Shown here in pieces: positions 24,733 to 36,109 of a stretch of DNA of 64,000 nt. Each line of letters opens with the position of its first letter. Position 1 is the first letter of the stretch. The notes below the pieces were generated by a model. That model did not search any database and was not told the origin of the DNA. It worked only from the letters and a program-made list of their open reading frames with translations. This stretch comes from Takakia lepidozioides (taxonomy: Eukaryota > Plantae > Bryophyta). The stretch covers positions 11,656,001 to 11,720,000 of the forward strand of contig CM060734.1 of NCBI GenBank assembly GCA_030704615.1, in the 5' to 3' direction. The position numbers were made by a program, and so were the translations under genes.

Positions 24733-25763
24733 TCAAGGGAGCAGTTTTTCTGCATCGTCCAAACCACGGCGGATATACTTTACACACTGCAATCGTTGCA
24801 GTAACGGAAACCTGAAATTAAACCACCTTGGTGTGAAGGCTTGTCCTCTCTCTTTGGTTTTCTGCCTATCGCCTTTCAGCCAGTCGTAATACCCTTCAAT
24901 GAAAGACATCACGTAAAACCCACACTCCCAACTGAAAGGTTGTTGGGGCACTTCGGGAGAGTTGAACTGAAATGCCATTACTTCATCCCATTGTGGAGTC
25001 CCAACAGCATATCCAAAGCACCCTGCATGCACATTCCGAATCCAACCAAGGAGCTGTACGCAAGTATGCATTTCCCTCCGGGAGTTCAAGTGGGTGTAAG
25101 CGCCTTTCCTTAGGTCGATGATAATGACGCTCCAGTGGCACCTTCAATGTAAAAATAAACATGCCCGACAATTTCATTAGTTCATACACGCTGTCGGCCA
25201 AAACACACACAGCACTCCAACAGATGCAACGGACTAGTAGTCCAGCAGTCCAACAATCCAAGAGTGCGGGAGTCGAACAGACCATGACGTCCAACTCACA
25301 CGACAGTCGAACAGACCATGAGGTCGAACACACACAGAAGACCCAACATTCAGCAGACAGCAAAATGTGCAACAAGTCCGTCAGGTCTTACCCTTGCAAG
25401 ACCGGCACCAATATATGAGTGCAGTCTTTAATGTCTTTGCCAAGTCGCGCAGGAGTCAAGGCACCATCAAGGTTTGCCACCAAAGTTTCGCGTGGGGCTG
25501 TGTCGAAAGTCTGGAAAACAGACCACGTCGACGTTGGCAAAAGAGCGACAGTGCCATACGTCCTCGAGTCTAGGGTGTTCTCGAAAAAACGACACCAGAC
25601 ATCCAAAAGTCTGTCCGAGCACTCCGACTCAACCACGTTCAGTGCTTTCATGTCTTCCGGCGCAATGCCACATCGGAACCGCGAGTCTCCTTCGAAAAAA
25701 TACACCATGCTATTCCCAGCAGCTACATATATGGACATCAATCGCCGGAAACGACTTTCAATC
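24733..25763 (-). CDS. Ulp1-like (C48) SUMO/ubiquitin-like protease domain, last two exons (about 25763-25391 and 25142-24733) of a transposon accessory gene
   Basis: THILVPVLQG/CHWSVIIIDL...HLNS...PEVPQQPFSWECGFYVMSFIE*. GT-AG junctions at 25390 and 25143 on the minus strand. Confidence 0.8.
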
Positions 25764-26158
25764 CTGCACATACAGTCAGACCCCACCAAGACATCACTCA
25801 TTCCACAATGTCCAAAAACATCAGTCTGCTGCACAGTCTTAGCAGACCGATGAGAGGAACTGAATTACCAGAAAGTCCAGAAACCAAAGTCAAGGGAGAC
25901 TCTTAGGAGACCGACCAACAGACCCGACAATCGGACAGTGGACATTCGGACATTCGGACAGTGGACTGCATTGTCACAACAGACCAAACAACAGACCTGA
26001 CAATCGACAAAGTCGACAAACACAACTGTGGGGCACAGTCACAGCAGACCGAGTACAGGCCTTACAAGACTGCAGACAAGAAGCCAGTAGACTGCCAGAA
26101 AATACATACCTGCAAAGGCAACTTTAAAAGAACACGACCGACAGCAGACACATACGAC

Positions 26159-29100
26159 TTACTTCTTCGACGCCAGTAACTCTGCCACATCTTTGTCCAT
26201 GTCCAAACACAATCGGCGGTCCTTGTTCATAAACACATCTGACTTGTCTTTCCTGGCTGGTCTCTTTTGAACATGACCCTCTCCAGTCTCCTTGACCGCC
26301 TCAATGACCGGACGTTTTTGGGCTTTTCCTCTTTCTGCTCGGACGGAGGCACTCTCTACCGCAATGCTTGGGACGACTTGCCCAGACTGCCGCAATATTG
26401 CAACTCTGCTGCGCAGCAGAAGAGTGTCAGTCGGTTTGTTGACACTTGCCGGTCCAGTCCTTGCAGCCTCACGAATGGCATGCGTTGAACTAACACGAGA
26501 AACGGGCGGTGTGAGCAGACCGCCTGTCTTTGTTGTTGACCCAACATTGGCAGGAGCAGGAGCAGACGGAGACGGCGAAGACAAAGTCTGCTTGCGGACG
26601 TCCTCAACTGTCGCCTCATTGAAACTCTCCTGGGCGGGCTATATAGCAGTCTGCTGGACATACTTTGAAGAAGTCTCCTTGGAAAACTCAAGTGCAGTCA
26701 TCTGTTCAGTCTGCTGGAGATGGTCTACTGCAATCTGCTGGGAATTGTTTGCTGCAGTTTGTTGGGGTGTATCTTCTGAAGTCAACCGGACAGACTCATG
26801 CGTAGTCCGGTGGGCAGGGCCTGCTTCTGCAGTCTCCTGGGCAGACTCATGCGCAGTCGGGTGGGACGGGTCTGCTGCTGCAGTCACCTGGGCAGACTCA
26901 TGCGCAGTCTGGTGGGCAGGGTCTGCTGCTAGTCACCTGGGCATTGTCAGGGTCTGCTGCTGCAATCACCTGGGCAGACTCATGTGCAGTCGGGTGGGCA
27001 GAGTCTGCTGCAGTCTTCCGGGTAGACTCTCTAAGCAGGGCAGTCACCTCGGCGGAGTCTTGTGCTGTCTGCTGACCAGAGTCTTGTAAACTCGTCTGAG
27101 CAGACCTGTGTGTAGTCTCTTGGGCAGAGTAATGTGGAGTCTGGTGGAAGGGATTCTCAAACGCAGAAGCAGACTCATAGGCAGTCTTGCGGATACTCTA
27201 TTGGGCATGGGAGTCATCTGTAGTCTCCGGGGCAATGTCGTTGGCAGACTCCGGAACAATGTCATCCGCACCCACGGCAGTCTCTTACCTAGTCTGCTAG
27301 ACAACTCCCCGTGCAGTCTGCTGGACAGTCTCCTGCCCTTTATCCCGGTTAGTCTCCTGGCCAGTGTACTCTACAGTGTCCAGGGTAGTCTCCTCTCTGG
27401 TCGTCTGTGCACTCCCATTGGTAGTTTTGTCAGTCTGCTGCCTGTCCTGCTCTGCCATACGGTGGTTCTGGTCTTGTAGGCGCACCAGTAGACTATCAAT
27501 TTCACCATCAAGTAAGTTTTGAGGGTCTGCTGACAGAAGAGACTCGGGGTTGAAAAAAGTGGGAAGGGTGCAATCAGAGACATGTAGGGCCGGGTTGGCT
27601 TGAATTCCCTCATCGAATTCTGCTGTAAGGTCTATGATGCGGTTTACTGGTCTACAGGTCGGTTCGCTCACTTCAAATTCATCGATGACTCTCGCCAGTG
27701 AATGAACAAAGACAGGGCTAAGCTCCAAAGTCATACGGGATGATGGATATCGAGGATTTACCGAGGTCATAGTTACATCGTGTGGGCCAAAGTGTGTGGG
27801 TGAACTTATCCGGCGGGGGAAAGTCAATTCTGGCACCGTTGACAAAGGGTTGGCAGACATTAAGAAGTTGGGTTGGGCAGATGATGTCCGTTTCAATCGG
27901 GTCAAATGCTCAGACATCCACTGTTGGTCAGGCCATTGAATGTGCCACTATCCCATTATAACAGACTCAGTAACAAATGTTGTGGGCAAGTCATGGAGGA
28001 CAGTCTGTGGAGGGTACTGTTCAGCAGACTCCACTGAGGTCTGCTGTGAGGTCTTCTGGGTCTTTTGGCAATGCTGTTTCACAATGGGAGTGTCTTTTTC
28101 AGTGTCATCCTGAGTCTTCTGTTCAGTCTATTTGCGAGTCTCCTGGTCATAGGCGTCTCGAGACTCCACGGTAGTCTGCTCCATGACATGTCTTGTCTGC
28201 TCACTTTCCATACCAGTCTGCTGAGTCTGCATACCAGTCCGCTGAAAATCCCCCGCAGTCCCCTGAGACCTCCCCCCAGCCTGCCGGACCTGGCCAGCCT
28301 TACGGACAGTCCCTGGTTTTCATGACCCTGCACAGCCAGGACAACCTCTGCAGCCTGGGCAAGGGAGTCGAAAGCACTCAGTATGCGATTTCCAGGTCCC
28401 GTTGTCCGCCCTGCATGGAACACAAAAAACGATATAAACAAATGCGGTGGAGGATTGGGGGGGGGGGGGGGGGGGGGGGAAGCAGTGAATGAGATAGAGC
28501 AGCGCACGAGTACCTTCCAGCAGATTTCAAACGAGTCTGATGTCCTTAATTTGGCGGTCCAGCAGTGCGGAATCAAGGTGGGCAAGCGCGGAACTACGGC
28601 CGTGATGCGGCGAGCCAGACCACAATACTCTGAACATGTCTGGTTTGAGCAAGACAATGTCAAAGACATCACGCTCCAATACATACGAGAACCACAACAT
28701 AGCCTCATCTACAACAGACTCTCGTGCTTGTGATCCGTCTGTAACAAACTCTCCTGCCAGTGATCCATGTAGGAAGTCTTGCCAAAGAGTGGGCAAGTCC
28801 TTCAGCAACTTCTTGTATGATGTGAAATTTCCAAACTGCATCCACCTATGCTGCAGGAACGATGATGCCATCCGGTCGAAGTGGACCGCAGTCACTGCGG
28901 ACAAGTGCTTCTTGCGGACACCGAACGTTGGGTGTGCCATAGCCATATGCCGCACCTCCTCCGGGCGAGGGTCATCCATAAGGAGGAGCTGAACAAGGAG
29001 TGGCGGTTCATTTACTTCACTCAAAGAAGAAACAACAACTTTCCCTGCTTGCTCCAGAACATGGTTGGCTTCTTCCGTAATATACTCCATGGAATAGAGA

Positions 29101-29374
29101 TAAGGGACAAAGGGCCACCTCCAGCCCGTTACAATGTGGTGCAGGTCACTGTACCAGTCCACATGGGCACTTGTGTCACCAATCCTGAAGCGGGGAAGTG
29201 TAGGATCCTCTGCGTTCTTCGACGCCACCGGTAACGGCGATCTCCACACCCCAAAAACGCCCACAGTGGAGGGAAAATGGGCATAGTCTTCACCCTGTCC
29301 AATTGGCCCAGTCTCAGGTATGAGGTCTGCTGAGGCGTGGTTCGGTCTGCCCAGGGGCGAGGAGTCCTGCTCAT
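26159..29374 (-). pseudogene. Upstream portion(s) of the transposon accessory gene; low-complexity repeat-containing protein of unknown function
   Basis: Minus-strand ORFs 29129..29374, 28527..29264, 27297..27917, 26639..26887 and 26159..26584. A GT donor at about 26162 leads toward the Ulp1 exons. Frameshifts are present. Confidence 0.4.
26785..27015 (-). repeat. About 50-bp coding tandem repeats (AAADPSHPTAHESAQ-like)
   Basis: GGCAGACTCATGCGCAGTC.GGTGGG..GGGTCTGCTGC repeated 4-5 times. Confidence 0.8.
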
Positions 29375-29860
29375 GATTGCTGGCGTGTGCTTTACTGTGG
29401 TTTGGTGTGATGAGGTTTGCTGGGGTCTCTTGAGGTCTGTCGTGGTCTGTTGTGGTCTCCTGAGGAGTGATGAAGTCAGCGGTCTACTGGAGGGGACCTA
29501 CCGACTCCGTGTCAAGTTCGTCTATGGCGGCTGCTGATCCGGGGTATTTCATCAAAATGTACTCGCAAACCTGCTGCACTTCAAGCCGCACCTCACGCAC
29601 TTGCAAAGGAGGTTCCTGACATGGCGTCCGCCAAGTTGATATGGCTTTGCGAATAGACTGAGCAGTGTGCTGTGCAGCAAAAGGAAAATGAGCTTCATCG
29701 GACAGACCGGATCCATTGGACTGACTGAATTTAATGACACTTAGTAGACAATCAACACACCATCAGCAGCCCACAATCCACATTCAGCAGACCACAATAC
29801 TCAGCAGACCATGATAATTAGCAGACACTCATACCTTGGCAGACAATCTGGACTTCAACA

Positions 29861-32800
29861 GACGTATACGGCGGTTCCTGAGGGCTTACATGAATTGCCT
29901 TCAGTTTGAAGGACTTGGGAGCACTGAAGGGTCAAGAGATTCGTATTGAGTTGGCCACTGACAAGCCAATCTTTCGGAGACCCTATAGATATAGTGACAT
30001 GGAGAGGTCTTTGATTCAGATGAGGACTCAAGATCTCCGGGAGGCTGGTTTGGTGGAGCTCTCTGTTGGAGAGTATGCTTCAGCCACAGTGATGCCAGCC
30101 AAGAACGATGTCTATGGCAATTGGACGGAGAGACGTATGTGCGGTGATTACCGGCCTGTAAATCGTCAGACCAAGTCCGATAAGTATGCCATGCCCACAC
30201 CGGAGGAGATCTTTGATGCCATTGGGCATGCTAAGGTCTTTAGCACTTTGGATTTACGATCCGGATATCACCAGTTGCCGATCAAGGAGGCGGATAAGCA
30301 GAAGACGACATTCTAATGGATCAATGAGCACGGCAAGGATTGCCTATATCAGTGGCGATTCTTACCATTCGGGCTTAGGTTCGCTCCTGCAGAGTTCTAG
30401 AGAGTCATGGACAGGATTCTAGCAGGGGTAGAGTTTGTTCGGTGCTACATAGATGACATCATCATCTTCAGTGCTACTGTGCATAAGAGACATCTTCAGG
30501 TGGTATTGGAGCGCTTGAGAGCGCACGGATTGAAGCTGCATCCGGGGAAGTACAAGTTTTTTCACAACCAGATTGAGTATCTGGGTCACATGATATATCC
30601 TGGAGGATTGGGGGTATAGTAGACTAAGGTAGAGGCCATTGCACAAATTCCACGCCCCACGGATGTGAGCTGAGTTCGAGCTTTCATGGGGTTGGCAAAC
30701 TATTATAGACAGTTTGTCAAGGGATTTAGTATCATTGCAAAGGCTCTAACCAAGCTGACCAAGGTGGACCAGGAGTGGCATTGGGAAGATGAGCAAAAAC
30801 GAGCTTTTCAAAAGCTCAAGGCGAGGTTGACCTCGGCGCCTATCTTGAGACGACCTATCAGGGGGCGCCCTTTTCAGTACGGATTGGAGCATGCTGGGGC
30901 TTGGAGCGGTGCTCACACAGGTGGATGATGAGGGAAGAGAGTTTGTAGTGGCTTATGTTAGCCGCTCGAACAATGCTGCAGAGGCTAAGTATAGCTCATA
31001 TGAGGGAGAGTGCTTAGCTTGAGTGTGGGCTGTGCCACACTTCAGGTGCTATCTATACGGCAATCTCTTCACCCTTGTCATTGATCACCAGCCACTCAAG
31101 TAGATGATGGAGTCAGACAAGCTTACGGGGAAGCTTGCACGGTAGGCACTCATATTCCAGGAGTATGACTTTCAGGTTGTGCATCGACCGGGATTGGTCA
31201 ATCGGGATGCGGATGGATTTTTGTGTATCTTGGCAGCGGGAGGCCAGATTGGACCTATGACAGGGATGACTGTAGACGGAGTGTCTGAGGACCTGAGGCT
31301 AGTGACGAGCCAGGTGGCGCCAGAGATATACATGAGGATTCGGCTGTGTTAGACTACTTCCGTACTGGAGACACGGCAGCCACTATGACTGCCAAAGAAA
31401 AGGATTGGATTCTGCAACGAGCCAAGAGGTTCAAGTGGGAGAAGATAGGAGGATGGTCGGGTGAGGATTGTGCCTCACCCAACACAGCGTACACAGTTAG
31501 TGCGACATGCCCATGAGGAGTTGGGGCATTTTGGAGTGCGACGCACTCACAGTCTACTGCAGGGGCAGTATTGGTGGCGTGGTATGCACACAGAGGTGCA
31601 ACAGTTTGTGGCTAGATGCATGGTGTATGACAGGGTGTGTGCTTCATTCAACGCCCCTACACCCCAGTTGCATCCTCTTCCGATCATGGGATTGGGCTAC
31701 AGGTGGAGTCTTGACTTCGCAGGACCGTTGCCACTGACGATGCGTCACCACAGATATGTGTTGGTGATGGTGGAGCACTTCTCCAAGTGGATTGAGTTGG
31801 TTCCGTAGCCTGACAAGGCTAGTGAGGGGTCTGCGTATGCATTCTTGGATTGTGTGCTTAGCTGATTTGGTGCTCCAGCTGAGGTACTCACGGACCAGGG
31901 GAGAGAGTTCTTGGGGGAGTTTCAGGCTTTGTGTGATAAAGCCTTGATAGACCACCGCACCATTTCTCGGGATCATGCTGTGGCCGATGGTTTGACAGAG
32001 AGAGTTGTGCAAACGGTGAAGAAGGGTTTGCGCAAGTATAGCTTGCAGAAGGGACACCTAGGAGATTGGGATCTTCAGGTACCTGGTTAGCCATGGGCTA
32101 CAGGTTCAGCAAACAAGCATCACTTGCCTCCTTCTCACCATATTTCCTTCTCTTTGGCCGAGAGCCGGATTTGCCAGCAGCCATTCATAGGGACACTGCT
32201 CAAGTCCTTAACCTTGACAATCCGGACGTGTGGGTACGTGCATGTGATCAACGTGCAGAGTTGTTCAAGAAAGTCATGCCCATGGCTTTTGAGAACCTTG
32301 CCATTGCACAGCACCGTAATACGTTGAGGTATGCCGCTATACGTGGTGGAGGATATCGTCTTGGGATTCGGAGGTTTAGCCCTGGTGACTATGTTTATTT
32401 GCAACAGACTGCTCCTACGACCCTGGATGTTACTGCAGGGCGTGTTATTCTGAGGGTTCGAGAGGTGTTGCCCTCAGGGGTCCTGATCTTGAAGGGTCGG
32501 GATGGCATGACTTGGAAGGACCATGTGCGTAATTGTGCGCCATGTCACCTTCCCAATGTCGATGGCAGAGTTGACCCAAACTTGGTAATGATACTTGTAG
32601 GTTTGAGGTGCATGTTCTGTGGGTCTGCCAAAGGGGCAGCCACCATGCTGGTGTATGATCAATGCTCAAGAGGTTGGCACATGGGATGCTTGACACCACC
32701 TCTTGAGAGGGTTCCTGATGGAGATTGGTTATGTCCACACTGCTTGGGATAGTGGCAGTGGATATGACTAGTGGCAGCTAACAAGACATGGGAGGCCAAG

Positions 32801-33554
32801 CTCATAGGAGTCAATACATCTCAGGCTCAAGTTCACAGGTTGCAAGACGGCGACTAACGATGGGGCAACTCTTGCACCGGCCCTCTTGATCTATCGAGTT
32901 TGAGTGTAGTAGAGACAGTGGTGGAGGACTTAGTGAGGCTACGGTTACTATTGCATCTTGTGGCTACCTGGACTTAGAGGGACCTAGGCACCAACTAGGG
33001 GGGCGATTGTGGTGGACTGGTGACTGCCATAGTGGGCAGCATAGTGGCGTAGCGATATGTATGCGCACGACAACTGTCAAGTTATTTCACCACTAGTGTG
33101 AAACTAGTTAGAAAATAGCTAGCTTTTACATATTGACATTTGGGATTGGCCCAAGTGTCAATCCAGGGGTCAAGGCAGATTTAGGCCCTGGAGTGGTTAT
33201 CTTCATGGCAAGCGCGGGAGGCTCATCTTTCTCGAGTTGAGCCTCACCGCATCTAGTTATGGTGCCATAATGCGGATTCCCCATAGCGTGGGGTGCACCT
33301 GGCTCGACTTAATATATGAGTGATGTTTTCATGTGCAAGCGTGTGTGTTTTAGAGAGCTTGTGTGCTTGTATTCTTCTTCTTTATCATTGTGGTGGACTA
33401 GTGACTACCATAGTGGGCAGCATAGTGGCAGCCTAGTGACTGACTAGTGACAGCCTAGTGGTTGGACTAGTGGTATACTAGTGTGTGGTGTGCACATGTG
33501 TTGTGTGGTTTTGGACAGCGATGTAGTTGTGTAGTGATATGTATGCGCACGACA
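29861..33554 (+). mobile_element. Ty3/Gypsy copy 2 of the DNMT/PHD family, 5'-truncated (RT-RH-INT-PHD-3'UTR-PPT-terminal repeats)
   Basis: Collinear with copy 1 from about 4705 onward and has no nested insertion. Full-length PHD CMFC...(Y)DQC.RGWHMGC...WLCPHC at 32609-32752. PPT at 32997-33007. Confidence 0.92.
33008..33554 (+). repeat. Composite 3' terminal structure A1(33008-33072)-B(33073-33388)-A2(33389-33554)
   Basis: A = TGTGGTGGAC...GCGCACGACA. The same A-B-A arrangement occurs at 48750-49398. Confidence 0.8.
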
Positions 33555-34139
33555 CCATCAATCTACGCTTCTCCATTGTCATGCCCTGCAAGCTTCAAAA
33601 CCTATGGGCCACAATGCTTGCACCACTGAGCACACAACCCTTTCTCTCTACTTGTCTAGCACAATGCCGCCACGAATTGCAGCCGACAGGAGAGAGAGAA
33701 GCCTAGGGTTGTTGTGCACATGCGCCTACACCCTCTCCGCTGCGTGTCACTGAACGACACGTGTCCCTTTAATTTATCTCCACCCTATATTAGTTTTAAT
33801 TTTTTTTAAATGCGTCTTTATTTTGGACCCTATTTTAATTTAAATGTGATGTTGCCAATATATATTAGTACCCTATAATATTTCTAAATATATTCTAAAT
33901 TTTATTTTCTCAGAATTTTCGGCACCCTATATTTTTTTGCACGTCAAGTGGTAATATTTGGAAGTGACATCCCCTTGGGACGGACATACTGCGATCCAGC
34001 GGACTGACCCAGTGGACCGTCTAAACGGACTTGCTGCGATCCAGCGGATTGACTCAGTGCACTGATCTAGTGGACGTCTCAGTGGACTCCTCTGTCTCAG
34101 TTAGTTGACCCAGTGGGATGCGACATCTGATATGGGGAT

Positions 34140-34985
34140 GGTGTGTGGCGCTTATCGAATAGCGTTAATTTCTGCATCGGCATCGTCCACAATGAAGGCA
34201 TTGGGTTGCCAGTTCGGCATATCTGCAAGGAGTGAATCGTGCAAGGCTGTCATCCACGGCACCAGGTCGGTTGTCCGATTCCTCGCCGATATGATATATG
34301 CAACTGGTATACCGTTCAACCACTCGTCGAATACCATCAACGTGTACAATGGAAACTGTTCTAATGGACAATGTCAGATGGTCACAAGATGCAAAGAACG
34401 CCAATTGCTGGACTTCAAGACTTCATAAGAGGCAAGAGGTCTGTTGCGGTACAAAGAGGGTCTGCCCCTTGGTCTTCCGGCGAGTACACATGAAAACATA
34501 CATAGAAGGTCAGCGCAGGCACGCCCAATGAATACCTGAATTAGACTATATGGTACTATGCATCAGTTCCCACAAGTCCATGGAATCAAATGAGAGCACC
34601 TTATGATGATTAGTCCTGAAGGTTGCATCGCATGCAACAATACGGGCATGTCCTAATTCCACCATTCTCTGCTTCTGCCACGGAGTCTGCACGCCGATAG
34701 TGAAGGTCAAGTCTCCGTCGAAATGTTGGAACGTTGGGGCCAGCTTTGAAGGTTTGCCAGGCCCGTTTCTCCTGGAGGTTGCGGACATCTTGCTCCAGGA
34801 GGAAATCATCAAGTGTCCATGCATCTCCCAACCCGGTGTTGTTCATGACGTGTTCTTTATGCTCCATCATGACTTGGGCAACCGACAGGCCTCGGCACAA
34901 ACACTCCATGGCCCAAGCTTTCAATTTCTTGCTAATGTGTGAAGCGTAGGCATGGCGGGTATTCTCGAATTCAGCCGACTTCCCA
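34140..34985 (-). pseudogene. Fragment of a paralogous SWIM/MULE transposase (same family as 20485-23968)
   Basis: YTLMVFDEWLNGIPVAYIISARNRTTDLVPWM, ACDATFRTNHHK and MMEHKEHVMNNTGLGDAWT are near-identical to the + strand copy, with the same intron positions. Confidence 0.88.
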
Positions 34986-36109
34986 TATTTACTAGCAGTC
35001 CCAATTTCATATAAATATTTGCATATTTAATTGTTTTATTAAATCAGGACTGCTAGTACTAGCCTTCCAATTTTGTAATTAGGGTGGAGCCATTACGCGA
35101 CTAGCCGCTTGTTATTGTAGATCACTCAATGAGAGCTTGGAAGCCATGGAACCTGGAGGTAGGTTCATGCATGCATGCATTGCATTCAGAGGAACCGGGC
35201 TCGAGGGAGTGATACACTCTACTCCATGTTTTCACTATATCATTTTCCCTCTTCACTCTTGCTTTGTTGGGACTCTTGTAGAGAGAGACTTTGCATCGGA
35301 GAAAATGTGGTCAAAGGACCTTACACCGTGTCAAGGCTCCGATTGGTGTGTTGTGCTGAGTCATGCTCCCTAAGTCTTACCTTTCACTTATGTTTTGCCA
35401 AAGCAAGAGAGCCCATCGCCGTTTGAGGCTTGTTTTTTACTGCCAAGGAGGTGGGGTCTGCCACGTATCGCGCCCCGTGGCGGGCGGGTACGGAGGGGCA
35501 GCGATGGCGGGCGTGGAGCTGGAGATGGCGATGAGGCGGGTGTGGTGGTGCGAGAGAAGAAACGTGATGACGGGTCAGGGCGAGGGAGGGGGTGGGGCCG
35601 GATGGGCGGAATGGCTGCCTCGGCACTGGTTTCCGCAATGTGAGGTTGTGCTTGCTTGCGTTTTTCTTATCACAGAAGTGCACTGCACTGCGTTTTCCTG
35701 CTGGTGATAATAATTTCCACAATATTTCAAGTGCAGTGGCAAAGGTGAGGGGGAGGTTGATCTTTTGCGGCTGCGCAGCATCATACGTATCCGGCCATTC
35801 TTGTGGGGAAGAGAAGTGGAGCTTTTGTTTTTAAACTGTAGCCCTCCGCTTGTGCCCTCTCCCTAGTTTGGTTCAGCCTTGCACTTTGCAGCGGTGGAGA
35901 GGGGAAGAGGAGAGGAGGAGGAGACGAGGCAGAAGGTTGATTGTGTGTTCCGTTAGCCCAAATTAAGATCTTACAGGGGTAAAAGGAGGTTGCAATTGAG
36001 GCTTTCTGAAAAAGATTGATTACCACTGTGGCCTGTCAAGGCTCAGGAAAGTGTACGAGAATTGCATTCGTGCGAGGAGAAGTTAGGAGGCGGGCTGTAG
36101 TGCGCAGAG

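Larger units (their letters stand above)
20105..29860. mobile_element. MULE-like DNA transposon: SWIM transposase (+) with a convergent Ulp1-protease-containing gene (-); right part truncated by retrotransposon copy 2; boundaries approximate
   Basis: GC-rich left end, then a transposase and a Ulp1 gene facing each other. The CAGACT/AGTCTG motif is enriched throughout. Confidence 0.65.

Noticed and set aside
28457-28479. Long poly-G run as a G-quadruplex element
   Set aside because: It is a simple homopolymer whose length is unreliable in assemblies, and nothing else supports a function.
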